Shown here: positions 1 to 13,997 of the stretch, one piece after another | Layout: every line of letters starts with the position of its first letter | Position numbering within the stretch: position 1 is the first letter of the stretch | Source: Vicugna vicugna | Taxonomy: Eukaryota | DNA: 64,000 bases | Direction of reading: 5' to 3' | Assembly: GCA_013265495.1 (NCBI GenBank) | Contig: MU058444.1 | Location: forward strand, 558,001 to 622,000 | Translations under genes and position numbers: made by a program | The notes under the pieces: generated by a model | Told to the model about the DNA's origin: nothing | Databases searched by the model: none | The model's input: the letters and a program-made list of their open reading frames with translations, nothing else

Positions 1-1852
1 TCGAAGAAAGGAGTTGACTTCCTACTAAAGGATCGCCAAAGGCACTCTCCTCTTTCTGCCCACCTTTGTGAGAAATCAGAGAAGCCTTTTTTCTGTGTTA
101 CTGTCTAACAACATCTTTAACTTAAATTGAGCCTTCCCTCCCCCCCTCCCCGCCCCAAACACATCCAGGTTAGCAATCCAGGATGAGAAACTATATGTAA
201 AGAGAAGCATTAAACTCAGCATTTTAATGCTCTAGTGCCCACTGTGATTGATTATAAAAAAATTTTTCTTTCTTTTGTCTTGAGTGGGTCTCCATCAAAT
301 ATCTTTACACTTCCCTAATGTTATCTGCTCTGTGAAACTTGCCCTCAGCCAGCCACAAACTTTAAGCTCTAAATAATCCAAATCCTATCTTCAAAGTTAT
401 GCTTGAATCATTGAAAATCTTTTTATAGGGAAATTGAAATAGCTAAGCATATGCTACCTTTTTCACATTTCACACGTTCACATTTTTTGGTTCAAATCAA
501 GATGTGAAATAGATGTGTTGCTTTAAGTATGTCTGTTTTTAAAATGCATATGGATTCTTCAAAATTAGGGCAGATCAACAAGAAGTTATGCCATATGTTC
601 AAAATTAAGGGACCTAATTCATCTTGGTTTGGTCTTAGTGAAATGTGGATGATTGGAATCTCTTCTTAGTAATTTGGAGTTTCTGTGATAATATGGGTAA
701 AATGTTGGTAAATCTTTGGCTGGAGGAGGAGTCACTCCTCAAGAAATACATTGTAGCTCTTCTTGACTTTCTGAGCAGAGTGTTGTTTTAAATTCAAGCT
801 GTAGCAGAAATGCTATAGTTCTGATTGTAAATTGTTCTAAGCTCCAGGCAAGATTAAAAAAAAAAACTGCAAGTAAGTGCTGCATTTAAAATTAAGTGTT
901 GTTGTACCAAAGAGGTGGGAGGAAGGAGGGAGGATGAAGTTAAAAGCTCCAGTAATTTCACCCCCTGGTGCTCTGAGTCCCCAAAGGCACAGAGGACTGT
1001 GGTGTGGCGAGGGGGCAGTGGGGATCCTGGGGGAGTGGATTTTCACCCTTCCCTGCCAGACCTCAGGAAAGGAGGGAACTTTAAAAAGCCGAGATGGACC
1101 AGAAGAGCCTCAGATGTGCAGGCTTTCATGAAAAGAGCTCATACGCCTTCCAATGCCCTTTGGTGCTGCAAAGGAAACAGCTCTTGCAGTTACACAATTT
1201 GACTTGATGGTGGATGAGAAAGTGGGCTTTTCCTACGGTGGTAAATGCATCTGATAAGGTTATAGCATTACTTTCTGGATGTCTCTGTCCATATTTAATT
1301 CTGCAGGCTCTCTAAGCTCTCTTAATCAGCAAAGCTAGGTTAATTTATTCACTGAATATCTGCCTGGTGCACTTTCTCTAATGGACAAAGAGATTATCTG
1401 CTTTAAAACTTCATGTGTTCTTGAAAGTTTGCACAATCTGATACCCTCCTCAACGCAAATAATCAATTTCTTTTTGAAAGACCAAGCTCCTACCTCCAGC
1501 TGACTTTATTTTGCAAAATTTATTCCAAACATTTGTATATTGAAAAAGACAGTTCTCAAGTAAGTTAAAAGCACTGTGAAGCATTTTATCAGAAATAACT
1601 ATGTTACCTAGCTCACTGGTGGAAACACGTACAAGACGATTTTATGATTTTGGTTCTTTCCTCAAAAACTAGAACCTTATAAGATTCATCTTTTGAATGC
1701 CAAAGCATGGTAAATGGTGTTCATTTTCAGGAATCATTTAGAATAGTCAGCTCCAGAGAAATATGTACCAGCCTCGAGATAATTCATTGAAGGGAGGTAG
1801 GGTGCAAGACATGATAGAAATTTTATTAAGGTTTTTTTTTTTTAACGTAAAA

Positions 1853-2052
1853 CAGGGATTACAGATAATGACCTGTGGTCCAGATCTGGTCTACTCCTTG
1901 CTTCTGTACAGTTTTGTTGGCACACAGCCATGCTCATTCATTTGTCTACTGTCTGAAGTTACTTTCACACTGTCATAGCAGGAGTCATTGGACAGGATTA
2001 TATATATAGTTTACAAAGCCTACAAAATACAGTAAAAGTTGACCAACTCCTG
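1853..2052. mobile_element. hAT-Charlie non-autonomous DNA transposon relic (MER58A-like)
   Basis: CAGGG...CCTG termini. Internal ttttgttggcacacagccatgctcattcattt is typical of MER58. Imperfect 8-bp TSD acgtaaaa/acctaaag. Confidence 0.7.
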
Positions 2053-3639
2053 ACCTAAAGGAGTAAGAAGAATTTTAAGCTTTGCAGATGTACATGGCTT
2101 TACACTGGTCTCTTTTGTAGCTCTGAACACCAGGCAGTTACAACTCATGGAAATTCTAAGTGAGATTTCCTGGGCGAGGGTCAGGATCTCCAACCTGGTG
2201 CACTGGACAGTCTGTTCCTGAAGCCTGTTGAACCTTGTTGCAGTTCGTGTGCCCAAGCGTGATTTATCATTTCAACTCTTTTAACTATAGTAATTCTCAT
2301 AAAGTAAGCAAATAACTTTATTTTAAAGAACTCCTGCAAAATAATCTAGATTGAATATGCCAGGACTCATATAGGCATAAACAACAAGAAATTCTGGGAT
2401 GAAATAACACCTATGTCTAGGATAAGCTTGTTATCAGCCATAAATATAGGTTGTAAATGCTGCTAACTTCCTGGAATTTGACAAGAAGTAGCCAATTTTT
2501 TGAAATTATTAAAATTTATTTGATATAAGACTTTATATCTGCTTTCATTATTAATATATACCTAGCCCTAAGCTGTTGTTTTTGCTGTGAGTTTTAGCTA
2601 ATAATTGTATTATGGCATCATAATTAGCAAGGAATTTACAAAGTAGGCATCCAGGACTTGAAGATGCTGTGCGATTGTCAGCAATATTTAAAGACCAGGG
2701 GTTCTCAGTATTATAATGTTTAAAGTTTCACTCCAGCAAATGATAGAAGTCTTTTCCTGAGGAATCTTAATAAAGGAAGCAATTTAAAACCCGATTTAAC
2801 TGGGATACACGTGTTCTTTCTGCTACGGTAAACACCATAATATAATACACAGGAAACAATAGAATGCTAAATTGAAATTCATTCCTTTGTATCCAATACC
2901 ATTAAAAAATGCATAGACAATACCTCTGAAGATTTGAAAAACTGAAGGAGCAAATTACATTGTATTGGAGTTTTATGGTGCTGCTGGATCAAAGGATAAA
3001 TTTAACAATATTCTCAGTTTATAGCATTTATATTTTATGAAATATGTGAAAGTGACTCTTTTTGAGTCACTTTATGTAGGAGAAGTAAGTCAGAGAAGAT
3101 TTATTTCTCTAAAATTAGTGACTTCTTTAATAAAATCACTGTTCTGTGGGAAAACTGTGAGGGTAAAATCGACAATGCAGGATACATAAAGAAGATCGTG
3201 TTATGAGGCTGCAGTTATGTCAACATCCATAAATAAGCCATGATAAAAAAGAAGATGTAAGTACACACACACACACACATACGCATATATAACATATATG
3301 TACATAAGATTATGTATATTTATATATATAGAGAGAAAGATTCCTGTGTAGAAGAATAGGAATTTAGAGATATGGTAATAAAGATATTTACATTATTTAC
3401 AATAATGAGATGGTCAAGAACCAAGAAAATCTTCTGGCTCATTCAAAGTTTCTCAAGTTATTTCCTTGTGGCAAAGTGTTTTAACAGGTTCTCATGGCAT
3501 TATGAATACTTGTATTGAATAGAACAGGCATGAAGTTAGCAGTGCATCACATTTGATCATCCTGATATCGTCCTAAAGCCAAAAAGGAGGAACAAAACAA
3601 CGGTTAGGTGAGGACCAGAGGGATGCCCAGGGGCAACCC

Positions 3640-4330
3640 AGGGAAAATGATACTCATTTTCAGGAATTTCTACTTGAAAATAACAGTTAATGAAATGATC
3701 ATCTATTCTCATGTATCAAATATAGTTAAAATAGCTCTTGGAAGAAAATTTAGCATTTTAAATATGCTTAATGAATCAGTAAGAGAATAAAAATAAATCG
3801 ATTAAATATTCAATTTGGAAAATTCAAGAACAATCAGATTTCCTGTGCGTAAGGAAAGCAAAAAAAAGGAATTTCTAAGAATTGGCAAAAGGTAACTGGA
3901 AAACAGAAAATCTGTAGAAATCATACATAAAAAATATGTTTTTGGAAAAAAATGTATAAAAGAGTAAAGTGTGATAACACTATTACAGTGTAACAATACT
4001 TTACAAATTCTGAAGGAAATTACTTTGCAATGTGGAATTCTAAATCCAAAAAATTAAGTGTAAGGGCAGAACACAGTTTTCAACATGTAAGGTATTAAAA
4101 ATTTGCTCCCCAAAATCTATTTCCCAGAAAGTTCTCTTAGGGCCCAGAAAATATGAAAGGAACCATCGGGAAATAAACAAACAAACAAAAAACATGGGAT
4201 ACTGGAAACAGGAAATCAAACACAAGGGAAAGGCAAAGAAAATTCCCAGGATGATGGTAAAAAGAATCACAGGGTCACAACGTATACAAGCATCAAAGAC
4301 AACAGCTCAGATTGGAAAAGATGTCTCAAG
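3640..4330 (+). mobile_element. Old, degenerate L1 fragment (L1M-type)
   Basis: A-rich, decayed L1-like composition with no intact ORF. Recognised by eye; boundaries approximate. Confidence 0.4.
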
Positions 4331-6054
4331 TGGCATCCGTGTTGAGGCTGTCACCACCAAGGATGCTTTCAGCTTTGTTCAGTACTGTCCACGGACTGTG
4401 TTCAGCGGTGCCTGCCCAAGATTCTTCACCCTTTGGCCTGTCCAAACGCTGATAAAATTCTGCTCTCCCCTGCCGCCCAGCTGCCTGGAATAGCTGACAC
4501 CATCTGCCCCTACACAAGTGTTCAGGTTTGACCGATCCCTGAGCAATGGAGGTTGGCCAGTGGGAGCTTAGCAGCATAGAACACAAAGCCACACACACTT
4601 TACTATCATACCCATATATTTTACCCTTGGTGATTGGTTTGACCTTGACCCTGCCAGATTGCTCCATATTAGGAAATCTCTGGTTCCCGACATCCTCGCA
4701 GTGGGTTGTGGTACCCTCCAGGAAAAGCTGAAGCCAGACTGTAAACCAGAGACTGTTCACCTCTCACTTCCTTGGCATCGTCAACTATCAACAATGCTGC
4801 CTTTTCCTTTAAAAAAATTTTGGTTTTAATTTAGAGAATACTTGATTAGTTTCTATAATCAAACCCATGTGGATAAGACCTTACATATTTAATACAGTGC
4901 ATTACCCCTGTACAAATGGAAAAAAAAATTATGTTTAACATTTCCAGAGCAAGATGGCTGTTAATTTCTGCACAAGTCCAACCCAACACAGTACAGCTGG
5001 GACACTTTTTCCAGAGCTGACACAGTGCTGCCTTTTCCTTGCACAGCTCGTCTTTGTGCTTGCTACTCAATTTTCATATTAATCACTTTCCACACTGACT
5101 AAGAAATGTTAAGAGTTGTTGATAAATCATGAACTCATTGATTGAGGAATAAAACGCAATTAGAATATATTTTAATCTAAAAGCCATCGTTAGCAGGCCA
5201 CTACTACAAGCATTCCATTAAAATTGCACAATGACGTGACTGTTATCTAATGATAATAATATTAGAGGCACTAGCCAATGCGATTAGTCAAAAGAAAGAA
5301 ATAAAAGTATAAAAAACTGGCAAAGAAGAGGTGAACTGATGGCTGTGTTAGGTGGTGTCACTGAATGATGAATTACAATCAGTGAGGGAACCCAGTCATG
5401 TGTCTCGCAGGGAATCCATAGCTTTCACGTACTGATACCAAAATGTTCCAAAACTGTTGTCAAATGGAAAAAGAAACTGAAAGAAATAAGAATGCTGTAT
5501 ATAGAATGCCGTCTTTTTAATAAGTGTGTACTCGTGTGTGTGAAATCAGAATGCGTATTTGTATTTGCCTCGTGTGTAAAACAAACTCTTGAGGCACAAA
5601 CAAGAAACTGATAAAAATAAAACACATTTAGTCACATTTTCAAGGTACGGAGGGTTAAAAACTCTCATTTCTACAAACTTAAAAAACCCTAGAATTATGA
5701 TTTTCTAACCTGCTTAACATTTTCCGGGAGTTTTTTTAAAGTAAATTTTGCAGTAAGTTTTTAAAGTGAGTTTGAACCCATCGTAGGGACATCTTCTGAT
5801 ACAGCAAACATGTTCAGCATACATTTCAGAAAACCAGTCAGTGGCTTGAAAATACATGGCTTTGGCAAAAAATCAGTTCAGCTTACATGAGAAAAATGAT
5901 TAACGGTACCATTTTAAAAGTAGACCTGTTTAGCTGAATGTCACTTTGAGCAGTGTATATTATTTTATAATAAATTTCCATTTCATGCAAAGCCAAGCAT
6001 ATTTATTCACTACTAATGGAACAGAGCAATAACTGAATAATAGAATGCTTTCTT

Positions 6055-6501
6055 TTTTATTGCACTTTTTATTGAGGTATAGTCAATGTACAATGTGTTA
6101 ATTTCTGGTGTACAGCATAGTGATTCAGTTGTATGTGTACACATATGTATTTCTTTTCATATTCTTTCTCATTCTAGGCTATTAAAAGGTATTGAATATA
6201 GTTCCCCATGCTAGGGAGGAGGACCTTGTTGTTTATCTATTTTATATACAGTAGTAGTATCTGCAAATTCTGAACTCCCAATTTATCCCTCCTCAGCCAG
6301 CTTTCCCCCCCTGGTAACCATAAGCTTGTTTTCTATGTCTGTGAGTCTCTCTCTTATTTTGTAAATAAGTTTATTTGTGTCCTTTCTTTAGAGTCCACAT
6401 ATGAGTGATATCATATGGTATTTTTCTTTCTCTGTCTGACTTACTTCACTTACAATGACGATCTCCAGGTCCATCCACGTTGCTGCCAAAGGCATTATTT
6501 T
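6055..6501 (-). mobile_element. 5'-truncated L1 (ORF2 C-terminus plus 3' UTR)
   Basis: Minus-strand translation IMPLAATWMDLEIVIVSEVSQTEKEKYHMISLICG matches the L1 ORF2p C-terminus. T-rich tail on +. TSD-like atagaatgctttctt (6040-6054) / ataggctgcattctt (6502-6516). Confidence 0.9.
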
Positions 6502-6784
6502 ATAGGCTGCATTCTTGGCCTCATAGAAGATAACATATTCCTTTGAAAATTCAATCATCCCTGCATTAAGCATGTACTGTATTAGGCATTGTGCTTGATG
6601 CTGAGGTCACAAAGGGGAACGAAAAACAGGTCTCATTCGATGAGGTCTATCCCCGAAGGAGTTTTATTGTAGGCTAATCACTGTCAATTTATTATCTTAT
6701 ATTAAAACGTTTAGGACTATAAGAGGTACTTACATGTCTGCAAAAAAGGTAGCCCTTTTCTTTCACGATATATACGCACATACT

Positions 6785-6818
6785 GTTTGTTTGTTTGTTT
6801 GTTTGTTTGTTTTGTTTG
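6785..6818. repeat. (GTTT)n microsatellite
   Basis: Seen directly. Confidence 0.9.
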
Positions 6819-7541
6819 CGAGTTTTCTCTGTAGGCTTGGATTTCCCTGCCGGTTTCCTTGTTCCTTTAGGGGATTCACAGCCTCGCCTGGCAGCTTCTT
6901 CTTCTGCAAAGACTTCCTCATCCATCCCCTTCCCAGGGGAGGGAAGGAGCCTCTCTAATCAAGCCCTCATTACTTCTCCCCTCTACAGTGGAACTCACCT
7001 CTTGGCTCTCCAATTTCTCTCCAAAGTAACACACTGCCTGGAATGGATGCCTTGGTTCATTCTAGAATCTAGACTCACCTGTGCCCCGTCTCTTGTCCAG
7101 GCTCAGCCCGACAGAGCAGGTCCCCGCACCGTGAATTAAACCCCAGGTTGCTATACGCTATGATGCCCTCCCACTTCTCCCCCAAGTTCTTCCAGACCAA
7201 ATCACAAACACCTTTAAATTAATTCTCACTGTTACCACCTCTTCAATGAAGATTTTTCTAATCCCATCTTGCCCCTTTGAGATGAGCGCTCTCCTTCCTT
7301 AAACATACGTGGCCCCTCTGGGGGACACTGCAGGGACCTGTTTAGTTCTGCAGAAGGGGCTGGAGGTGGGCGAGCCACAGGAATTATTGGAAGAGATGGA
7401 CAATGTGCTGTGAAAGCACAAGTCTTGTTTTCTTTCTGCTAGTAAGAGATCCTGACACAACGTCTCTCATATGGAGACTTAATGCCAAGTGAGCGTGACT
7501 TTTGTCCACTAACATGCTCTCTATGCCTTTCTTCCTCCCAG

Positions 7542-7748
7542 GATGCGCCAGTCCCTCCCAAGCCTGTTTCTCTCCATCCTTTATATCAGACTAGACTCCG
7601 TCCTCCCGCTAAGTCCCTGCTGCATCCACAGACCCTCCCACACGCTGATTGTCTTACCCCGGGACCCTTCAGTCACGTGTCCTCCTTCTCCCTGAGTGAT
7701 GGACAGGAGAATTCTCACACCCTGTTTAGTCACAACGTATACAATAAG
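7542..7748 (+). CDS. MLIP: MLIP (muscular LMNA-interacting protein) internal coding exon, 207 nt, phase 0/0
   Basis: Pyrimidine tract plus CAG acceptor (7539-7541) and AAG|GTGAGA donor. Translates DAPVPPKPVSLHPLYQTRLRPPAKSLLHPQTLPHADCLTPGPFSHVSSFSLSDGQENSHTLFSHNVYNK, recognisable as the MLIP C-terminal region. MLIP lies upstream of TINAG in mammals. Confidence 0.93.
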
Positions 7749-7851
7749 GTGAGAAATGTCCTGCATGGTGAACCTTCTTCATGCTTTACTTTTACAACTT
7801 AAATGCAGAGGAAACAAAAATTCAGATATTTAATCTATTAAGAATATTAAA

Positions 7852-7990
7852 GAGGGAAGGGCATAGCTCAGTGGTAGAGCAGGTGCTTAGCATGCACGTG
7901 GTCCTGAGTTCAATCCCCAGTACCTCCACTAAACAAATAAATAAACCAGATTACCACCCCCGTTCCCCCCCAAAAAAACCCAACAAATAA
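7852..7990 (+). mobile_element. tRNA-Ala-derived SINE (vic-1-like)
   Basis: A box tagctcagtgg and B box agttcaatcc, A-rich tail, exact 12-bp TSD aagaatattaaa (7840-7851 / 7991-8002). Confidence 0.92.
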
Positions 7991-9964
7991 AAGAATATTA
8001 AATATTTGTGTGAAGGCATATGTCCTTATAAAAAATAATAATTAACCTTGGGAAAGGATTAAATATTTATTTTTCTTTTCAAAGTCATTTCTTGATTTTC
8101 ATTCCTCGTTGTTTCGTATTCTAATCCCAAGGTGGGAACCCCAAGAAATTTTTCAAAATCTCACAAGAATGCCATTGTTAATTTATCTTCTTGGCTTCTA
8201 GTTCAGCGTTCTTAAAAAAGTTCTTACAATTATGATGCCTTGATGAGGGAGCATTTATAATTGCAGTCAGTGGGGATATATATTTTAAAAAGCACAAATA
8301 TCTATAGTTGGCTTTGGAATGTAATCATAAATATTCTATTAGAAGCGAGCTGTCCGTATAAGCACCTTTTGCTTTGCTGAGCATCACCATAAGGACAGCC
8401 TGGCTAACTCAGACTCTCAGACCTGGAAACTTTTCTTTGAAAATTGACTAGTGAAAGTCAACCTGCAATTAAATCTTTTTTTTTTTTAATTCAAAATCTG
8501 GTTTTAAAACCTTTATTTTGCAAATTCTCTATATTTAATGAAATACACCTCTATATTTGGAAATCATTCAAGAACATAAGTTTCAGAATGTAATTGAACC
8601 ATATTCCTTGGAACCTAAAACAGTTTTTTTATTTTTGGAAAAAATGTTCATAAACACAATCTAAACACAAGCAATCATCTAAAAAGTGAACACAAGTATA
8701 TGAGGAAAAATTTGCTTTTTATATTTAATAGCATTTATCATGACTAAATGATCAACCCTGAATTAAATTTTTAGAGTATTCACTTTCGGGAAACAAAATG
8801 TTTCTAGGCGAAGTTCAGGATGACATTTTTATGACCTTTGACTGCTTCACACTCTTGGTCTAGAAAAAAGAAGTATTTCAGAGAGAGTACAGTATTTTAA
8901 AATGATTTTATGTTACTTGCCAACATCTGTGAAATCTGTTTAGCTATTAAATAGTTAATAATTCTGATAACAGCATGACCATTTTTTTATAACTGTCATC
9001 CATGATAGACAATTATCTATGATAGGATTAGAATTGTGTTTTCTAGATATCCATTGATTTAAATATCTCTTCTTTTGACATTTTTGTGGCATTTCCTAGA
9101 GGCGTTCAACAAAGGTAGAGTTCGTATTTTATCCATGTTTTAGCCTTTGCTTGATCGGGCTGTGAAGAACGATATATCAAAATCCTTTGAGGCTGGACAA
9201 CTATTTTCAGTCTACATAAGCTTCATGATAGATTTTGTCTTTCAGTGTCTGAGATTTATTGATACTGAATAAAGAAACAGGCATATCTGAAATCATAATA
9301 ATAATGGTGATGATAATAATAATGTAGTTAGACAGCACTTCCTGATGGAAGATTCAGTTGCTGAGTCCTTTATTTTAATTGCTTCTATAAAAATGTGTGA
9401 ATTCCTCAATTTGGTATCTATGTGTACAAACTCTGTGTTGTAAATATTCAGCATCTTAAGTTATCAAGATTTTTTTTTTAACTTGAAATAGCTTCTTGTC
9501 TGGAACTGTAAAACATATACTCTGTCATTTAAATACACTTCTCTCCAAGACCCTGACGTCCTCCCCAGGCCTTACTTTGCAGCTTTGCCTGCTGGGCTCA
9601 TCCACAAACCCAAATCTTCCCACCCCGCCCCTGGAGAGCCGCACTGAACTTGATCTTACATGACTATCTCTGAGGCTCCCTTCTACGCTGGGGCTGCAGA
9701 AGACATGGGCAGGTTTCACTGCTCTGTTGCATCTGTAGTGTGTGCTCCTTTCTCGTCAACTTTCGTCAGGTTCAGCGTGTCCTAAATCCTTACACTAACC
9801 CCTGCTCTCTTTCACTTTCAAGACAGGGCTCTGTCATCTGATGTCCTGTCATGTAGGACGGTGCTCAGGCACTTTGCCTTTTACCTGGGGATGAACCTCT
9901 CTCTTCCCGTCTCGTGAAGGGAGTCTTTACTCTGACTTCCTTGTTTAACACTTGTAACTAACAT

Positions 9965-10225
9965 AGCCCAGTGGATGAGAGCATGGCATCTTTAGGCAAA
10001 CCTGTCTGAGTTCATTTCTTGACCTCATTTCTTCCAGATGGTGATAGTGGCTGTCATATAATATAGGCTGCAAATGCCTCCATTTATTCCCCTTTAAAAT
10101 GAGGATGATAACAGTACCCACCTTGGTAGAATATGATGAGATTAAGATGTGCTAATATGTGTAAAGCGCTTAGGACGGTGCCTGGAACATAACAAGAACC
10201 AGGGAAGAGTTAGCTCTTGTTATTA
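9965..10225 (+). mobile_element. MIR SINE
   Basis: MIR core-like tttaaaatgaggatgataacagtacc and tgtaaagcgcttaggacggtgcctgg. Confidence 0.7.
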
Positions 10226-10444
10226 ATCAGCCTTCCTCAGTCTTCATCATCATCACGCTCTTCCATCATCATGTGGTCTCTTTCCATCGGACCCCTCCTC
10301 TTTGTATGCAGAAACTTCAGGTCACAAAACAAAATGACGTCTTCCCTACCTTTCCCTTGAAGATGCTGCAAACCGAGTCATTTCCAAACTTTCTCTCAAA
10401 GTGACCGGTAGCCATTATCTCCATCCCCCTCTGTGAATTCACTC

Positions 10445-10638
10445 TTTTTTCTTTTTTAAAAAATAGATTTTCATTGAAGTATAGTCAGTTTACAATGTTG
10501 CATCAATTTCTGGTGTACAGCACAGTACTTCAGTCATATAGGAACATACATAGCTTCATTTTCATATTCTTTTTCACCACAAGTTACTACAAGATATTGA
10601 ATATAGTTCCCCGTGCTCTACAGTAGCAACTTTTTTAT
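10445..10638 (-). mobile_element. L1 3'-end fragment
   Basis: attgaagtatagtcagtttacaatgttg...gatattgaatatagttccccgtgct is shared with the other L1 tails in the window. TSD-like aattcactct/aactcactct. Confidence 0.85.
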
Positions 10639-10804
10639 AAACTCACTCTGTAACCCGTTCTCAAAATCATTTTGTCTTTCACCTCAACCATGCTACAGAA
10701 ATTTCCCTCTTAGGGGTAAACTGCTTGGCAACAAACTCAGCTGAGTTTCCTCAGTCCTCTGTCTCTTTTATCCTTGGAGCAATTGATACAGTTGATCATC
10801 CATT

Positions 10805-10880
10805 CTTTTTTTTTTTTCAATTGAAGTACAGTTGATTTAAAATGTGTTAATTTCTGGTGTACAGCAAAGTGATTCAGTTG

Positions 10881-10919
<39 letters not shown>

Positions 10920-11045
10920 TCATGTTTGTATTCTTTTTCATTATAGGCCATTACAAGGCATTGAATATTGTTCCCTGTGCTGTACAGTAGGTCTCTGTGG
11001 TTTATCTGTTTCACACGTAGTACTGTGTATCTGCAAATTGCAAAT
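10805..11045 (-). mobile_element. L1 3'-end fragment containing a (CA)n microsatellite (about 10884-10918)
   Basis: Same L1 3' UTR motifs as 6055-6501; CA run seen directly. Confidence 0.85.
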
Positions 11046-12439
11046 CTCTGTCCTCACTCTGCCCTCGGGATAATATGTGCATTTCAACTCCCTGACTGTT
11101 CCTTCTTTGCTTCCCTGGTGGACACTTTGTCCTCCTCTACCTCCCCTTTCCAACTGCCTCGCATCAGAGATCCGCCTGCTCACAGGCTCTGTGATGATCT
11201 CAGTTGTACTGAGAACCCTCAGATCTACATCTCCAATTCTGCGTCTCCTCTGAGAGCCTGTTTTATCCCTTCAGCGGCTTGCTTGTCAGTTCCCCTAGGA
11301 TGTCAGGTTGTCACCTCAAGCTCATCACTCACGTCGCCTCAAACCACTTCTGTTCTGGCTTCCTGACTTCTGTCATTAATGCCCTGATGCTCAGTCCCCA
11401 GACTCCAAACATGGTTCCTCCGTTAACACTTTTTCTGCTCTGTCCTTAAAGCTAGTCATTCAGTAAGTTGAATGGATTCTTCTTTTGTCATGCCTGTCAT
11501 GTTGTTATCTCTTACTCTTTTTTTCTATTATTCCACTTTACTGAACCTAATCTACTTAATTCCCCCCGGCGTGCCTTGGGAATTTCTCACTGTTCAGTCT
11601 GCTCCTGCGTTCACCCTCTCCATATAAAACACCTTCCTGCTTTTCACCTGGCTTAGGCACACCATCCTCATCCCTAGCCAAATTATCTCTCCTCCTCCGG
11701 GGGTGTCTCCATGCATCAACATTCAAAGGGATATTTTTCTCCTTTCAATGTCTAGAACCCGTGTCTGTGCCAGGGTATCTCATGCATGTTAAGGGTTATC
11801 TTGTATTCACGTGCTGTGATTTTTCTGGGGTCCACCTAGGGCATGACATGCTTACTGTGGCATTTTTCACATCACAGGTACAGCAATAAAGACGTGCTAA
11901 TGATGAACAAAGCCTCACATGCCCTGACTTGATCCCAGGGAGCACAAGATGCTTGAATATTTCTGATTATTTCCATTTTTAGCAGAAACTAAATCTGAGT
12001 CACTCTCTGGATTTATGAGTACGTTCAGTAGAATTTCAGTCAATTGAGGATCTCCAGGTTTTGAGGGCTGCCTCTAATTTCCAGCCAGTTTACAGAGCCC
12101 CTCACCATAGAAGCATGAGTGGGGGCAGGAGGCCCCATCTTCCTCTACTATATGTGGACGCTGGTATCCACTGGGAGGTCCTCCATCCTGTCCAGTGCAT
12201 GATCACCAATCATATGATACGTTGCTGCATCCTTCTTCACTCACCTGCCCGGCATGCCCTCCTGGCTCTGGGTCAGCTGCTCCTGAGCCTCTGAGATGCG
12301 TGGGGAAACACTGTTACCTGTACACCAGGGGCAGATACTCGCTAAGACTGTCTCAGAACCATCAGCTCAGAGACGTACTCTTCTCCACTCTTCTGTGCCT
12401 GCACCCTTGGCCACAGGGAACTCCGGAGAGTCCATGTTT

Positions 12440-13370
12440 GTGTATTTGCCTACAATTTATTTGTAAGCCCCAAGTGGATACTGGTTGCATTTTTGTGGTT
12501 AATTGTGGACAGGTGAGGATCAGCGGAGAACTTGAGTGGCCTGTGCACGTGTTCCCAGCTGAGAGAACATGGGGATGTTTTTCTTTTTTGTTTTTGTGTT
12601 TTTCCCCCAGTTCTCACATTATAAGCGATGCTTCTTTCCATGGACTGTCTGGTACCACAGGTTTTGAACTGTTGTGCTTTTGGTTGGTGATGTCACTGTT
12701 TTAAATGACCCCTGAGTGTGGTGCTGAAGTGCTGAGCCGTGTTCTAAATGCAGGAACGCGGCCATGGGTTTTAGGGAGAAAACCTACATAAGCCTCCTTC
12801 AGGCATGAGATTATGCTGTTGGCTGTGAGCTCAATGTTAATGAATCAGTACTATATATTAAATCAGGTGTCTTTAAACAGAAGCACACATAAAACAAGGG
12901 TATGTCGGAATGGTTGATGAAAATGTAGTTAAAGAGACTCACAGGAATCCAAGCCTGTATTTCTTCTTGGAGCAATGGTTCAGGATTTGCTAATGTCACA
13001 TTGGCAGTGACCTTATGGAGCAGAACGACTGCGGATCATGATCTTCAAGTGTTCTAAATGCAGGAACACGGCCATGGGTTTTAGGGAGAAAATCTACATT
13101 TGGGATAAGCCTCCTTCAGGCATGAGATTATGCTGTTGGCTGTGAGTTCAATGTTAATGAATCAGTACTATATATTAAATCAGGTGTCTTTAAACAGAAG
13201 CACACATAAAACAAGGGTATGTCGGAATGGTTGATGAAAATGTAGTTAAAGAGACTCACAGGAATCCAAGCCTGTATTTCTTCTTGGAGCAATGGTTCAG
13301 GATTTGCTAATGTCACATTGGCAGTGACCTTATGGAGCAGAACGACTGCGGATCATGATCTTCGATTGTA
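12440..13370. mobile_element. TcMar-Tigger non-autonomous DNA transposon relic (MER82-like; subfamily uncertain) with an internal tandem duplication
   Basis: Motifs gtgagttcaatgttaatgaatca, aaggtgtctttaaacagaa-like and ggagcaatggttcag recalled from Tigger-family consensus sequences. Ends in ...gattgTA. Confidence 0.65.
12739..13363 (+). repeat. Tandem duplication: copy 1 12739-13046, copy 2 13049-13363
   Basis: The copies are nearly identical (three substitutions seen plus a 7-nt indel). This explains the twin ORFs at 12811 and 13128. Confidence 0.97.
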
Positions 13371-13374
13371 TCTT

Positions 13375-13700
13375 TGATCCTGAGACGAGGATTTGTATGT
13401 GAGTAATTAATTTGGGAGGTGGTTTCAGGAAACACCTGTTAAGGGAATAGAGGCTGAGACAAGGGTGTAAGTTGCCACTGTGGGTTTGAGTCTCCTGGAG
13501 GAATTCTGGGCGCCAATGTAAGGTGGACGACTCAGAGTCAGGCAGTCTGCGGTGGGCGACGGGATCCTTGCTGGTCCTAACTTGAGGGGTGTATGGTGGG
13601 GGGAGGACAGTATTAATTCCCAGAAAGAGACTTCAGGCAAAGAGAAGCAGGGACAAGCGTTTTGAAGTTTAGAGGTTGGTATTAAAATGTCATGACCTCA
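13375..13700. mobile_element. MaLR LTR fragment (MLT1-like)
   Basis: tgagacgaggatttgtatgtgagtaattaatttgggaggtg resembles MLT1 LTRs. Confidence 0.5.
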
Positions 13701-13997
13701 GATGACATTGGCACGTCAATAATTTATAAAATTCATATTCACAGGTATCACGTGTATGATCTAAATGTGAAGTCCAGGGTTCTGCAAACCCAAATTTTGG
13801 CTGTTGCAACACAAGAGAATTCTCTTTATTTTGAATACATTATGCTCCTGGCTGTGTAGATCTGCTGAAACCATAAAGAGTACAGAGGAATTTGTGTCGG
13901 GGCTGTGGTGTGACTGTCTAAAAATTGTGTCTCATCCAGAGTCACTTTGCCATTTTTTCCTCTATCTTGCAACACATTTTAAAATGTTTCTCTTCAC

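Noticed and set aside
12811..13316. Two nearly identical 62-aa ORFs as a duplicated gene
   Set aside because: They are a by-product of the tandem duplication within a DNA transposon relic.
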